Shown here: positions 21,834-64,000 of the stretch, piece after piece
Numbering within the stretch: the first letter of the stretch is position 1
How the letters are laid out: each line of letters opens with the position of its first letter
Assembly (NCBI GenBank): GCA_012295275.1
Contig: CM022675.1
Span: 13,268,001 to 13,332,000 of the forward strand
Length of the DNA: 64,000 bases
DNA from: Chrysomallon squamiferum
Taxonomy: Eukaryota; Animalia; Mollusca
Reading direction: 5' to 3'
Notes under the pieces: model-generated
Databases searched by the model: none
The model's input: the letters and a program-made list of their open reading frames with translations, nothing else
Told to the model about the DNA's origin: nothing
Program-made: the position numbers and the translations under genes

Positions 21834-22718
21834 TTCGTTTCATACTTTTTTATCTTCTTGTTTCTTACTTTGTTGATTCGTTTTTAAGAACAATAATAGA
21901 ACGTGACCACACAAATAGAAACAGACAAAAAAAGATCTCATTTATTTATTCATTCATTCATTCATTCATGTATTAATTTATTAATTTATTTGTTTCACTG
22001 TTTTTTTTTATCTGTCGATCTATCTGTTTGTATGTCTCTCTCTTTCTCTGTCTCGCTCTCTCTCTCTTTCTCTTTCTCTGTCTCTCTCTATCTATATTTC
22101 TATCTATACACTAAGCCATTCTTTTAAATCAATTTTACTTTTCTAATCAAACAGTTTTAACAATATGTTCTGTCTATTTATTTCGTTGCGTTTATAAACT
22201 CCTCAAAGCTTTGTTAAAGAATATTTCATTTTATTTATTTATTTATTTTCCCAACATCATTATTACTTGATATCAACAACAGTATTTATAAGTGTATCTA
22301 TACAAAACACTATTTGTTATTCAGTCTTTATAATATTTCTTTTCTTTTTCCTGTGTCATCGTGACGTCATAACAGTAGTGTCTTTTAATACATTGACGAA
22401 ACCGTTGCTATGTGCTCTTTATTTTGTTTGAGGTTTCTTTGTCAGTATGACGTCATCACATCTAAAACCACAAAACACGTATTTCATGTGATTATTTTCT
22501 TAACAGTTCAAAACACAGGACAACATTTATAATAATGAAACCGGATTTTCGTTCATCGTTTCTTGGCAAAATGTAAAGAAGTAATTTTAACATGAAAGAA
22601 AATATGTTTTCTTTACTTGCATCTGTATTCTGTTGTGGCGGGGGTGTGTTGTCTTGGTAAAACGTAAACAGAACACCAGAACATAAACAGTGAAATATCA
22701 GTAAAAAATATATATTAT

Positions 22719-22815
<97 letters not shown>

Positions 22816-23369
22816 ACACACACACACACAATTACTTAATATTCACGTGTTTACTGCTATAATTATTCAAGATTGATTTTGTGCTCGCAGTAAAATAAAT
22901 TTGTATCACTTATCTTCATTCTTTTGTTATTATTGTTGATATCATCATCATCATCATCATCAAATACAAGATCATGATTGTAATAGTTATTATTTATCAT
23001 TGTCATTATCATGATCGCCATTATCACCAACACAGTTGTTGTTATTTCTGCCGTCGTTGCTACAGTAAACTGTTGTTGCTGTTGTAGTTGTTGTTGACGC
23101 AACTGAGATGAATAATTTCAAAAGCTTCACATCCAGAGCTATCTGTTCATTCTTGTTGGAGAAAAATCAATCATTGTATTGGCGGACAACGCAACAATAT
23201 GAAATAATTAAAATAAAAAAAAGGTCGGTTTGAAAGGAAGAGAATGAGAGGGATAAATTATTTACATATATAAAAAAACAAAAAAACAAAAACAAATGTA
23301 GACTGTGTGCGCTGAATAATGTTAGGCTGAAGTAAACATTTTAATTTAGGATTGTGCTAATGATGGTGT

Positions 23370-23495
23370 TGGTAGCAGTAGTAGTAGTTGTTGTAGTTCT
23401 ACTGTAGTAGTAGTAGTAGTTGTAGTAGTAGTAGTTGTAGTAGTAGTAGTAGTAGTAGTAGTTCTACTGTAGTAGTAGTAGTAGTTGTTGTTGTT

Positions 23496-23530
<35 letters not shown>

Positions 23531-24869
23531 TGTATTAGGATGTGTAGTAGTTGTAAAAGAAATGCTAGTTGTTGTAGTTGTTCTTGTATCTGTAGCAGTT
23601 GCAATACTTACAGAAAAATTTAACTGATGTTGTAATAGCAGCAGTTGTTGTTGTAAGAGTAGAAGTTATAGTAGTAGTAGTTATAGCAGCAGCTGTAGCT
23701 GCCGCGGTAGCAACAGTAGTAGTAGTAGTAATATTAATAGCAGTAGTAGTAGTAGCAATATTAATAGCAGTAGTAGTGGTAGTAGTAGAGGTGGTGGTGG
23801 TGGCGGTCTTGGTGACGGAGGTGATAGTGCTGGTAACAGTAGAAGTAGTAGTATGGTCATCACTGTAGTTGTAGAAGTAATAGGTGTGTAGCATCAGTAA
23901 TAGCAGCAGCAACAGTTGTAGTAGCAGTAGCAGCAGCAATAATACTACTAATAATAATACTAGCAGCAGTGGTACTAGCAGTAGCAGTAGCAATATATTT
24001 AGTAGTAGTAATAGTAGAAGTAGTAATATTTGTAGTAGTAGTAGTAGTAGAAACAGCAGAAGCAGTTGTAGTAGTAGTAGAAGTATAAGTAGTAGTATTT
24101 GTAAGATCAGGAATAGCTGCAGTAGTAGTAGCAGTAGTAGCAGTAGTAGTAGTAGTTATGATCATCACCATAACGACTCTATACATTAGCTTCCTAACAC
24201 GCATTAAACTAAACATTTCACACTATCTACACAGACTGGACAAACGTGTCACCTGACATCTAACACAGTAAAGATTTATTTCATTTCCTGTCACTTATTG
24301 ATTTACTATCATCTAGAAAGTAGTATTTCACAATGGCCCGTTTAGTGTCTTCAGCGGATTATAAACTGGGCGTCCTGTTATAGAATTTTACTGTCGTGAT
24401 CCGATTACTGAACGTGGGCAAAACTGAAAAGATAAAATTATTTTCTAGTTTTGTTGTTTGACAATCACTGATAATGACCCAGTATGATAAAGATTTTCTA
24501 ATTGACTTTTATTTTTTGTATTTTTTTTCTGTATACAAAAGTTGTTTCATTTCCGAAATGGTTATAGCCGAAATGTAATAAAATCCTTGCACAGTATTTG
24601 TAGTTATAATAGTAGTAGTGATACTAGTAGTAATAGTAGTAGCAGTAGTAGTAGCTGCAGTAATAGTAGTATTAGTAGTGGTAGTAGTAGTAGTAATATT
24701 ATCTGTAGTAATAGTAGTAGTAGTAGTGGTAATAGTAGTTGCAGTAGTGGTGGTAGTAGTAGTAATAGTTGTTGTAGTAATAGTAATAGTAGCAATTGTA
24801 CTAATGGAAGTAGCTTTAGTAATAGTAGTAATAGTAGTACTAGTAATGGGACTTAAGATAGTAGTTGCA

Positions 24870-24900
<31 letters not shown>
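23370..24900. repeat. Degenerate (GTA)n fields between the SLC3 gene and gene 3
   Basis: Directly visible at ~23370-24160 and ~24600-24900. Confidence 0.9.
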
Positions 24901-24936
<36 letters not shown>

Positions 24937-25472
24937 AAAACAAACAAACAAAATGAAATAAAATAAAATGAAATAAAATGATATAATATAATATAAAAAA
25001 AATATAAAAAAATAACAGTACTATGTTCGTGGCTTTAACTTTCTCATGTTATAGTCTATATGACACAAGCAGCCTAAAAATTTGTTTTCAAAACAACCGT
25101 CTAATTATAGAAACTAATTTAGTAATATATTACAATAATAGCTTGGAATGGATCTAGACTTATTATAACTTTTACAGATAACAATCAAAGATGAAAACTG
25201 CTGTTTGTGGGAAGGCATAACAATAGATACATTTCTGTATCACGTAATAAACGAACAAGAAATACTCATAAACAGTCACAAGCAAGAATAGCTGTAATAA
25301 TAAGCAGCTGAAGTTGCCAATATTTCTCTTAAATTATTCTGTAATTTATTATTATTATGTTTTATCACTATAACAAGTTTTATTAATATACTAAAGACAT
25401 GTTCACACTAGTTGACTTGTCATTACAGCAGAACTGTCATAGAGTTAATAATGCTCGCTTATCAATTATATT

Positions 25473-25477
<5 letters not shown>

Positions 25478-25542
<65 letters not shown>

Positions 25543-25691
25543 GTCTCTGTCTGTCTCTCTCTGTCTGTTTCTCTCTGTCTCTCTCTGTCTGTCTGTCTCT
25601 CTCTCTGTCTCTGTCTGTCTCTCTGTCCGTCTGTCTCTCTGTCTCTCTCTGTCTCTCTATGTCTCTCTTTCTCTCTCTCTGTCTCTCTGTC

Positions 25692-25764
<73 letters not shown>

Positions 25765-25795
25765 GTCTGTCTCCCTCTGTCTGTCTCTCGCACTG

Positions 25796-25845
<50 letters not shown>

Positions 25846-25883
25846 AATCTCTCTCTCTCTCTCTGTCTGTCTCTGTCTCTCTC
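25478..25883. repeat. (CT)n/(CTGT)n compound microsatellite
   Basis: Directly visible. Confidence 0.95.
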
Positions 25884-26802
25884 AGTGTATATCCAGTCTG
25901 CACTGTACGATTTAATGGTTTATTTTTTCATCAAACAGACTCTGTTATTATCTCCACGAAATAAAACGATACTGTACACGTCTCCTGTGAAGAGGATCAA
26001 TACCAGATCGATAAGATTTGGATGAAATTGCTTTCTCGAATTTCAGTATCACAATCTTTATTTTTTTTTTTTTTTTTTTTTTTTTTATTTTTTGTGTTGT
26101 GATATTTTTGTCATTTGTTTCTAGTTTGATAATATCATTACCAGTTTGTTTTACATTTAGACTTAATGAAACTAAATTTTGTTGAATATATAATTAGAAT
26201 TTTGATAAAATAATTATTATTATATTCTCAATTATTAAAATTATGTTCTGGAATTAAAGTTGTTCGTTTTTTAGTGTTTTTTTTTTTTTTTTTTTACAAA
26301 CTGTTTACCAATAATTTTCTTTTATACTTAAAAGTTTTTAACTTTAAAATTTAAATTATAATAATATAGTTTTTTCTTTCTTTATACCAAACGTTCTTTC
26401 AATCTTTCTTTCGTTCGTTCTCTCTTTCTTCTTTTTTTTATTTTTTTTTTATCTTTTTTTTCCCCTTTTCATTCAGCTTAAACTCATGCAACCTTTCATG
26501 CGAAGATAAATATACCACAACAGAGATGCTCATCTATTTTCTAAAATACTCGAAGCGTTCCTGGGTTATCTCGGCAGTGACAAAGAGTTCTATTCGTGTT
26601 GCTGAAGTTTGCACTAAGCGCCGTCAACAGACTCGTTTGTAAATAAACATGTTTTCCTGCATTAAACAGAGTACTGTCATTAGTGTGCGGGAATAAAATA
26701 CTTCATACACAAACAACAAAAGAGAGAATAATATACATACACAGAGAGAGAGACAGAGAGAGACAAACAGACGAACAGACAGTAAATATATATATATAGA
26801 GA

Positions 26803-26902
<100 letters not shown>

Positions 26903-27271
26903 GACAGACAGACACACAGATAGATATCTAGATAGATACACACACACACACACATATATATACAGAGACAGAGATAGACAGACAAACAGACAGATAGATA
27001 GACAGACATAAAGGACAAATGAAAGATTGGACTGATAAATGGGATAGATAGAAGGACTTATGAATAGATAAATGAATGGAAAGACGAACGTAAAAGAGAC
27101 AGGAAGGAGGGACAGAGAGACGACTTAGATAAATGTTCTGACTGGACGATCACGTACAGACAGACGAAGGCACTGACGGATGAATGGATGGACGGACGAA
27201 TGAAGCTAGAATGGATGGAATGAGAATTTTGTATTATTTTAGAATGTTTTTATAACTGAAACAAGACTTTA

Positions 27272-27303
<32 letters not shown>

Positions 27304-27565
27304 TATTTATTTTTTTTATTTATTGGTGGGGTTTTTTAGGTTTTTTTTAGTTTTTTGTTATTGTAGGGGATTTTTGGGGGAAAGTTTATTTTACAATCAT
27401 TCAGTCTCTTTCTACCACCGACAAGAATGCACGTTTTACAATTAAACTCACTCACTTCTCGCATCTGCCCACCAAACATCAACAACAACAACAACAACTG
27501 ACAAACGGACAGTTTACAACTGACCGATGACCAACAGTAAGTTACCGCAGACTTTTTTTTTACAG

Positions 27566-27804
27566 CTGAACACGGACGCATCCACGGACATGTTTACGCA
27601 CCAGTGTCCGCTCTCGAGCCTGGCAGTGCTTCCTGCAGGACAACAAAGGGTTTACATCGATTCCAGTTCCACAGCCACGACGTCTTGTATCGACCGGGCA
27701 CGCTGGCACAGTTCAGTGTCTGTGTGATCGCTAACACGAGGTGCGAGCTCTGCGTAGACTGATGTTAGCTAGCACGTCTGAATGGAGCTTTGAAATCTTC
27801 TGAG
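27566..27804 (+). other. Candidate non-coding 5' exon of gene 3
   Basis: Unique GC-richer island ending in donor GAG|GTACGT at 27805. It contains only short uORFs; the next acceptor upstream of ATG 31278 is TGGCAG|31237. The start coordinate is approximate. Confidence 0.4.
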
Positions 27805-27934
27805 GTACGTGTAGTTTAGATTTTAGGTTAAAAAAAATGATAATGATAATAATAGTAATAATAATGTTTGAAAGTTTTTTTTTGTTTTGTTAATTTTGTT
27901 AGTGTTTCTTGTTCTTTGTGGTGTTTATACTCTT

Positions 27935-27966
<32 letters not shown>

Positions 27967-28003
27967 CCCCGATGAGCGTATTTTTAGTGATAGATAATGA
28001 TCC

Positions 28004-28079
<76 letters not shown>

Positions 28080-29118
28080 TATTATTAGTGTTGTTGTTGT
28101 TGTTGTTGTTGATGTTATTGTTATTATTATTGTTTGTATTATTATTATTCTTATCATTTTTATTATTATTATTATTGTTTGTATTATTATCATTATTATT
28201 ATTGTTATTATTGTTATTATTGTTATGATTATTACTGTTATTATTATTAGCAGTTGTATTGTTCTATCAATTTCATAGTAATTATTATTGGTGTACATGT
28301 TGTTGTTTTTTACATTTTTTTCTTAATATTAATTATTTTTCATAACGGATTTAAAATCGTTTCCTCTTAATCTTACTATCTTTATTTTTCTTTTCACTTT
28401 GTTCTTGTTACTTTTTTTTTTTTTTTTTTTAATTTTGCACACAGTTTCATCGCAAACGAAAACTTTAACTTTTAAGCAGAATCACAAAATGAGTTACTGA
28501 AACGTCGACAGACTTATCATTACTTACTTTGTATTATCTTATCATCTGTTCATTCCAACAGTACATCTTATTTATATGTCTGTCTATCTGTTTGTCTGTC
28601 TGTCTGCCTGTCTTTGTATCTAACTACATACCTCCCTACCTACCTATCTACGTACCTACCTATCTAACTGTATTTCTATCTAGTTCTCTTTTTTCTATCT
28701 ATCCATCCATCTATCTGCCTATCTATTTACCTATCTATCCATATATCTATCTATTTATCTATCGTTCTGTGTGTCTGTCTGCCTTTCTGTCTATGTGTCT
28801 GTGTATGAATGTATGTATATACATGTAGATAGAAAGACAGACAGACAGACAGACTGTCAGAGACAGACAGATATTTTGCAATCATTTTACTTAGTATCAA
28901 GATGTGATGACAAGATAAATTTCTATATTTTAGTCCACTGATCAAAACTATTAATTTCTAGGAGGGAACTATATCTTGATAATAGTTCTTAAATAATAAC
29001 ATTTAATTTCTGTGGATAGCATAAAAAATAAAAAAAAATTAAAAGGTGTTCAAAATGGTGTTCTGGGATACCAACAGAGAAGTAACCTTAGGTTGATATC
29101 TAAGACGGTAAAAGTTAT

Positions 29119-29209
<91 letters not shown>

Positions 29210-29398
29210 TTATCTGCCTGTATCTGTCTATGTCTGTTTATTATTAAGTATATACACATACACATACATATACACAAACAAATGCAAAAACCTTTACAAA
29301 CAAATCAACAAACACTTCTTCTGTTTTCGATAGTTCTGTTTACTATCTTAATATCATTTATAAAAGCTATTTTGTTTTTAAGTTTAGATGTTCATATC

Positions 29399-29475
<77 letters not shown>

Positions 29476-29931
29476 GTATTTTATTTTTAGTTATTTAATA
29501 ATAATATTAATTTGTTTTTTTGGGGTTTTTTCTTTTTTCTTTTTTCACCAAAGAACTTGTTAACTTCCGAAAATTTAGATATATTTTTAGGAAACTATTT
29601 CTTTGTGGTATTTTCCTTTCTTTTTCTAATATTTTTCCGAATCAAACAGGAACAAAATCATTATTAAATTTCAGCATATGTAAAGATTCAAAGTTATAAA
29701 TTTCATAACATCCGCCATGAAGATCTGAACTTGGATATTTATCTGTGCTCTAACTGCTGGCTTAAGTTTGAACCTAACATTAGGATATTGCTGGTTCTGT
29801 GTTGTTTTGCATAGTTAATAATTAATTAATTGCGCGGTCTTGCATGGCTGGTTTTCATGCATGACTTGTAACTGCGGTGGCAAATGTATTCCTTAGAGAA
29901 AAACTTTTGTTTTTGTTTTGTTCTAATTCAG

Positions 29932-29969
<38 letters not shown>

Positions 29970-30076
29970 CATTATTATTAGTAGTAGTAGTATTTTATTA
30001 CTGCTACTTCCACTATTACTACTACTACTATCTTATTGTTATTGTTATTGTTGTTACCATTATTATTATTATCATT

Positions 30077-30112
<36 letters not shown>

Positions 30113-31277
30113 TGCTGCTGTTATTTTGATTATTGTAATTGTTGCTGTAGTCGTTGTGATATACATGTAATATTCAATTTTCTTTTTCTATGTTGGTAAC
30201 TGCATTATTACAATTTCAAGATTTTAAATTACTAATGATATATTTTATTGAAAATTCATTTATAACTGTATTTCTTACTAATCAAACCTTAATAATAATA
30301 ATAAGAATAAGAATAAGAATAAGAATAAGAATAAGAATAAGAATAAGAATAATAAGAATAATAATCAACATTAAGTCGTTATCTCTTACCCATTCAGATC
30401 GAATAGGAAAAGGGTGTCACATTTCTTTCTAAAAGTAACTCGATTTCTGTTTAGTAATAAACATTTAAAAACGATTATGGCGAAATCGCTAATGACGTCA
30501 CGTTCTTTTGTTGACGTTTCCAGGATATTCGACGTCATATGTTTATTCCATTATGTATGTGACATTTTAAAAGCTGTGTTTTGATTCAACTAAATTTTAA
30601 GGAGTAAAATGATTAATATAAAATGCAGGTAACCTTTAAATAGAACATGGAACACTGTCAGGAACTGAAGAGAATTTCATCGAGTGGCATATCACGGCTT
30701 CAGTCTTATAACTTGTATAAAACGTAGAACAGATATTATTTTATTTTAAATGCATTTATTTATTTATGTAGTAGCAGAACCAGTAGTATTGTTGTTTTGT
30801 TGATTATTTGTTGTTGTTTTGTTACTGTTTTTGTTGTTTGTTTTTTTCTTGCTTTTTTTCTTTATTTTATTTTATTTTATTTTATTTTATTTTATGTATT
30901 TGTTGTTGTTGCTGCTGTTGCTGCTATTGTGATTGTTGTATTGGTCGTGATGTTTGCTGGTAACGATTTGTGTTTTTTCTCGTCTTTGGTGTCGATGTTG
31001 TTGTAAGTTGTTGCCACCGCTGCTGATGCAAATAACTGTATTGTTAACACAGAGATGGTGGGAGATACAAGAGTAAATCAATTTCATTGACTTAATGTAG
31101 ACCTGGCAATGTGTTGGAAGATATTTTCAGACATACATAATTATGCACGTACATCTATCTGTACGTGTTTAATTATGTATACCTGAAAATCTTTAGTCTA
31201 TCTTTATTAATTTTGTATATCTTGTATTTTTGGCAGACGGAAATACAAAGTCTATAGCAGACTGAGTAGAAAGAAAA

Positions 31278-47469
<16,192 letters not shown>

Positions 47470-47651
47470 GAGTCACGTGACTGCAACCTTTCTTGCGCAT
47501 TAAAGGGAATCGGTCGAGAAAAAAAAAAAAAAAATTAACAAAAAGTTCATTAACTATGCAGAGCTGCTTTACAGCTCTCTTTCATTCGTATTTTAATTAT
47601 TCTACGAATATGAAATTATTATTGTTACCATTACTATTATTATTATTGTTG

Positions 47652-47751
<100 letters not shown>

Positions 47752-48413
47752 GGTTCTGAGTGGAAAAAGAAACAATAAGAAATGAATTATTGAAATAATC
47801 TGTTTCTCATGTTCTGATGTAACAGATGATGGTCGCTTTTTCTGATAAAACGTGCGTGTGTCTGTATGGGAATGGATGACAATCGTCTGTCAGTACTTAA
47901 AGACCACATGTAATTTATATCCTTTTAATATTTGTTCTATTTTTCTGTTTTTTAAAGATTTGTATGGCCCAATCAGATTTATTTATTTATTTATTTATAT
48001 ATTTATTTATTTATTTATTTATTTATTCACAGCCTTTTATAACAAAGAATTTTTAATTTGGTATTAAAAATATATAAATTCTACTCACATGTATAATACA
48101 TACACTGATACGAAGGCAATATCGCCGAATATCTCTGTCCATTATAATGTTAACATAAGTGTTCATTTTCTTTCTTTCTTTTTTAATATAAAATATTTAA
48201 CTTATTAACCTTGAGAATATTCGCCAAAATTACTGCTGAAGATTATATTAATGTATCTAGAAGTACAAAATGAACTGCATGTCTTCTTTGTGGATCTTGC
48301 AGTAATTTAATGAAACCGTCCTTCTAATACTGCTGACAATTATAATTTTATATTGCATTTACACCACAATGTGTCTCTATGTCTGTCTGTCCATATGTGT
48401 GATTTACCCACCT

Positions 48414-48503
<90 letters not shown>

Positions 48504-49046
48504 CTCATTTAATACATTGTATATTTTGTTCTGTGTATCACATAAACTGTTTTTGTAAAAGGCTCCTGGGTGATTCTTGGTTTGGTGTTCTGATGCTTGC
48601 TGTTATTTGCGTATTTGTTGAAAATAAATCATTTTCTCGTGTTTTATTTAACTGCTTACGTCACTGAAATGAATGGACTGTGATAAAGTGTAAAAAATAT
48701 TTTCTGAAAAATAAATATATTATTAAAAACAAATGAAAGATTTGCTTTTTCATTTATTACGGAATTTTCGTGCGTTTATTTATTTACTTATTTGTTTATT
48801 TATTTATTATTATTTACTTTATTTTATTTTATTTTATTTTATTTAGCCGATCTCTCTTTTCTTTCAATTTGCTTTTCCATTATTAATGTCTGAGTAATGC
48901 CTTTTTTCATCTTTTTATGTGTCCCGCGCAGGTGTGTGTTCTTCTGTAAGTATGTATAATATAGGAGCACGTGCGTGTGCATGAGTACTTCTTAATCGAG
49001 GCAAATCACTACTCAATAATTTGAGTTGTATTAGGTTGTTTTGTAT

Positions 49047-49123
<77 letters not shown>

Positions 49124-50196
49124 AGATCAGATATGTGGCTTAATTGCATTTCACTAATGATCTATGACAAGATTGCCTGACTGTCTATTAAGCTTTTACT
49201 GAAAAAGAAAAAAACAAGAAAAAACCCATAAAGGGACTATATTTGGATTCAACACACTGCCATAGTTACGATGTTTCGCAGGACAACAATGCGGGTGACG
49301 TCATACTGTCACGGAACTATATTACCTGTGACGTCAGGATTGCACAGAACTGCATTTATTTTCCTTCTTTTTTTTCTTTTTCTTTTTGTTTTCTTTCTTC
49401 TCCCATATTTTTTTAGCTTCTTTTTCCTTTTTTTTTTTTTTTTTTTTTTGGTCTCTTCGGAGAATAAAGCTAATAAAATTATAAAGTAACTGTGTACATT
49501 TCGATGTAACTTTTACAACAGAAATAAACATTTGATTTATCTTTTGTCATGTCTCAAAAATAGCGTGCTTTCAACTCATTACGCTATATACTTCGACGAT
49601 ACAAGAAGCTGAACCAATAATAATCAAAGAAAAAGGATCAAGAAAATAAATGGAAAAACAAATCAAGAGAAGAAAAGTAAAATTGGTATCAAGTGTATAA
49701 TAAAGGTTTGGATATGTAGTTATCAGAGTTATTTATATCTTAGATGAACATTTTCACAAGCCATAACATTCTAACAATATGTATCATCGTAATGGTATCA
49801 CACCTGAACGTTTCTACAAAATCAATCAAGGTCAAGGTTGCAGAAATTACTTTGTGATTCATGTACCATACGGAACAGTGCATTTCTTATCTGTTCGTTA
49901 ACGAAAACTAGTTAGTCGCGATAACATAACTGTTAATTTGTTTTGTGAAAGTATTTGTGAAGGAATCGTTATGTGTTACAGACACTTTGACAGGCTACTG
50001 TGGTGACCACAAAAGGCGTGTTTATACCATCAAGTGCTCTAGACATAGTAAAATATGGTGATATTTGCATGAGGTAGGTTTCTATGTTTTACTCAAGTTT
50101 TTTTGTGTGGGGGTGTTCCTTTTTTTCCCCTTTTTTCTATTATTTTCATTCACTTTTATTTCTTCTTTCTTCGTTTTTGTTTTTGTTGCTGTTTTA

Positions 50197-50275
<79 letters not shown>

Positions 50276-50397
50276 CAAAATCCTATGTCAGCTAATGTAA
50301 GAAGATTAAAACAGAAATATAACTCGTTCTATTTAAAATTGAAAATACTATTTATTTTATATGTATTTATATATCATTATAGACACTGAGTGAAAAA

Positions 50398-50481
<84 letters not shown>

Positions 50482-51787
50482 GTTAGGTACATTTGTATGT
50501 AGATTAGTAGAGAGGGAGAGAGAGAGAGTAAGGGAGAAGAAAAAGAGGGTTATTAAAAGAGTGGAAAAAGTTGCATTAACTGACACGTGAATGGATAGAT
50601 AGAAGAATTAAAGGAAGATAAAAGAAAGAGAACGGCAAAAACAAGAGTGGAGAGAGACAGAAAAAAAAAAGACAGACTAGAGAAAAGACAGACTAGAGAG
50701 CTCGTTACATGAAAAACAAACACTTTTACATCTACTGTGGTGTTTCTAAAACACCCGTATCGATTTTAATGCATAAATGAACACAACAAAAATACGAAAA
50801 CTAACGAAGTGACAACTCAGACATTTTATACACAGACTCAAACAATGGTGCAATTAACAATTCGCTGTGGGACGCACAAAAGTCAATTTGACACTGTATC
50901 AACAACTAACTAACTTTATTCATCACGATAAAAGTCGACATATGTTGATTACTGATACTGTCACTGACTGAATTAATTGTTTATTTCGACACAAAGGTGT
51001 TCAGTATATTATTCGACTGTTTCTCGACAAGTGGCCCGCAGGCGTAGCTGTTGCGGTTTCCTGTTAAGTGGTCTCTGTACATAGTTTAATTATTTTGTTA
51101 TTATAAGTGATTATTCTGTTTTGCTTATTATAAGGGAAAACAAATATTGTAAGTATTATTATTATATTCTCTGTTATTTCTATTATCATCACTACAGTCA
51201 TCATCATCATCATCATCATCATCATTAATGTCATTATTTATTTATTTTATTATTTTTATTTTACATCAAGTTTGAAACGACCTTGTAACTTCAAAAGAAT
51301 TGCTGTTAACTTTCGTTCATACCAACAAATTATTTTAATGTTTTAATTATGGAGCATATAAATTAGATAGATTATCGAAGACTTTACCTAAAATTAACAC
51401 AAAATAATGATACAGAAAAATGTTATATATCAGATATACATAATGAAGGGTAACAATGAAGAACAACAATGAAAACGAATTCAAAATGGATAGAATAAAA
51501 ATACAAGGAATTTTCCAAATACATTAATATTAAGAACAGTTGTGGAAACAATAGAGACGAAGGTTCTGGTGACGTAAAGATTATACAAAATATGACGCAG
51601 TTAATGGATATTTGATGTAAGTATGGTTCTTCTTCTACATTATCTTCTTCTTGTACGTAGATTTATGTATGTATATATTTACCTCTGCTGTATGAGTCTA
51701 TGATAATAATAAATAGTGATTTAAATAAATAAATAAAATATTTTTAGACAAGAAGAAATTTAATAATGTGTTGAAAATAAAATAATA

Positions 51788-51835
<48 letters not shown>

Positions 51836-51880
51836 CAACAACAACAACAACTATCGATTAATTATACACTTCCAGTTACC

Positions 51881-59705
<7,825 letters not shown>

Positions 59706-59784
59706 AATTGTATTATGTTGTAGCGTCTAACTGTGTAAGCCTTATATAGAAATGTGACAATTATGTTGTTACATATTTATCTGA

Positions 59785-59790
59785 AATAAA
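59785..59790 (+). terminator. Candidate polyadenylation signal of gene 4
   Basis: AATAAA 80 nt after the stop, with a GT-rich element downstream. Confidence 0.5.
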
Positions 59791-60607
59791 AGTGTATATG
59801 TAAAGGCGACGTTTTGTTGTAGAGGGAGGTTGCAGTAACAGCGTTTCAAAGTGTTTCATTGCGACAATTTACAAAGAAGTTACATTTGTTTGGAGGGAGG
59901 TTAAAGTAAAAGTGTATTAAAAGGATTGCATAAGGTTTGATAAAAAAAAAAAATAATAATAATTATAATAATAAAAAAATAAAACATACAATGGGGAAAC
60001 ATTTATAGAGCTAATTTTTATGCGATTTATGATTTTTAGTTTTATTTCTTCTTCTTCTTATTATTATTATTTTATTTTTTATTATTTAGAAACATAAACC
60101 TTATATTACTTGGTAAAATATTAAGTGTTCAGTATCAACAGGAAATAAATAAATAAATAGCATAAATAAATAAATAAATAACATAAATTACATAATCTCA
60201 TTGCACTGGGTGTTATTTTATTATTTTAGTGTATACCAGTCTGTTTGTGCATGTGTCTGTGTGTGTTTCTGTTCAAATAAGCATCTGTATTGTAAGCAGT
60301 TCTATCATTTTCAATTTAATTATCTTTATGTTTATCAACACAGCTCATATTAATTGATAATAACGTTACTCTGATTTATTACACATAGTTTTGAGTTATT
60401 CTGTTTAAATTTATTACAACAACGTTATGATAATTTATGCAGAATGAAACAATCAATGAAAGAAAGAATGAATATATAAATATGTTTAATAAATATACGT
60501 AATATCGCATTTTTCAATGAGAATTAAATCTACATAATCTATGAAGTCACTTATTTAAATTATGAAATACGTAAGCAACATAAATTAATTTATATTAATC
60601 CACAATG

Positions 60608-60647
<40 letters not shown>

Positions 60648-60651
60648 CGCG

Positions 60652-60915
60652 CGCAGGAAATACAAGTACGCCTGTTATGGACATCGAGGCACTGCTGTTT
60701 TTCGAATGTTAGTCAGTTAGCGTGTTAGAGAGAAGAGATAGATATTACGTTGATCATCACACACATACGCAGGAAATACAAGTACGCCTGTAATGGACAC
60801 AGTTAGATATTACGTTGATCGTGTTAGAGAGAAGAAATAGATATTACGTCATCACACACACATACGCAGGAAATACAAGTACGCCTGTAATGGACACAGA
60901 TAGATATTACATCGA
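60652..60915. repeat. Complex ~100-bp tandem repeat (3 copies) downstream of the LU gene stop
   Basis: CGCAGGAAATACAAGTACGCCTGT(T/A)ATGGACA at 60652, 60768 and 60865, interleaved with repeated CGTGTTAGAGAGAAGA and TAGATATTAC blocks. Confidence 0.88.
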
Positions 60916-61029
60916 TCACACGTCCACAATTACTTTTGATGAAGGTAGGTAGCGAGAAGAGAACCCACTAACTACCAGTCACTAGTGACATTACTTAACA
61001 ACTGTCCTAACATTGAAACTGCAGATAAA

Positions 61030-63771
<2,742 letters not shown>

Positions 63772-64000
63772 GATGTCTGCAGCTGCGACATCGATATCAC
63801 AGCAACGGTAAGGAGAGTTAAGTGGTTAGCGTAAAACTTTTAATTTTCGCAGTGTAACTTGGTCCATGGACCTCTTCTTTCGTGTGTCCTGAACTGACTG
63901 AGAATACCAAGGGCAGTTTGAACATTTTAAAACTGTAACGGCATCCTCCTAATGAGCGCTTAGAAGCAGACGACACTGCGCCAATGACAGACATAGCCTG

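Noticed and set aside
60652-60915. CRISPR-like look (32-bp repeat three times)
   Set aside because: The intervening sequences are long, unequal and themselves repetitive; the context is eukaryotic with no cas genes.

Overview
AT-rich, microsatellite-saturated eukaryotic genomic DNA with GT-AG introns, most consistent with an invertebrate and probably a mollusc (inference only). Most ORFs in the supplied track are translations of simple repeats. Five spliced protein-coding genes can be built by hand with consistent splice phases. (1) A 2-coding-exon stand-alone NHL beta-propeller resembling the TRIM2/TRIM3 NHL domain (+, 6964-8538). (2) A 10-coding-exon SLC3A1/rBAT-like amino-acid-transporter heavy chain whose GH13 catalytic residues are all replaced (+, 13429-21384). 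(3) An unrecognised Glu/Lys-rich protein with apparent alternative last exons (+, 31278-47469). (4) An unrecognised ~1530-aa, mostly disordered protein whose start codon sits inside an RFX X-box (+, 51881-59705). (5) A 3-exon secreted/GPI-type Ly6/uPAR (quiver-like) three-finger protein (-, 63771-61030). Three single-base frame breaks, all at short homopolymers, interrupt genes 1 and 4 and are most simply assembly errors. The main non-coding observations are a ~560-bp intronic foldback next to an ETS/CCAAT/TATA promoter-like block, a CAGGTA/GATA cluster upstream of the SLC3 gene, scattered X-boxes, excess TGACGTCA and GTCGTCTGCT words, and local duplications that copy splice signals. I found no CRISPR array, rRNA, intact tRNA or intact transposon, and nothing I can honestly call a demonstrated new biological system. 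The best leads are the two unrecognised, possibly RFX-regulated genes and the foldback.
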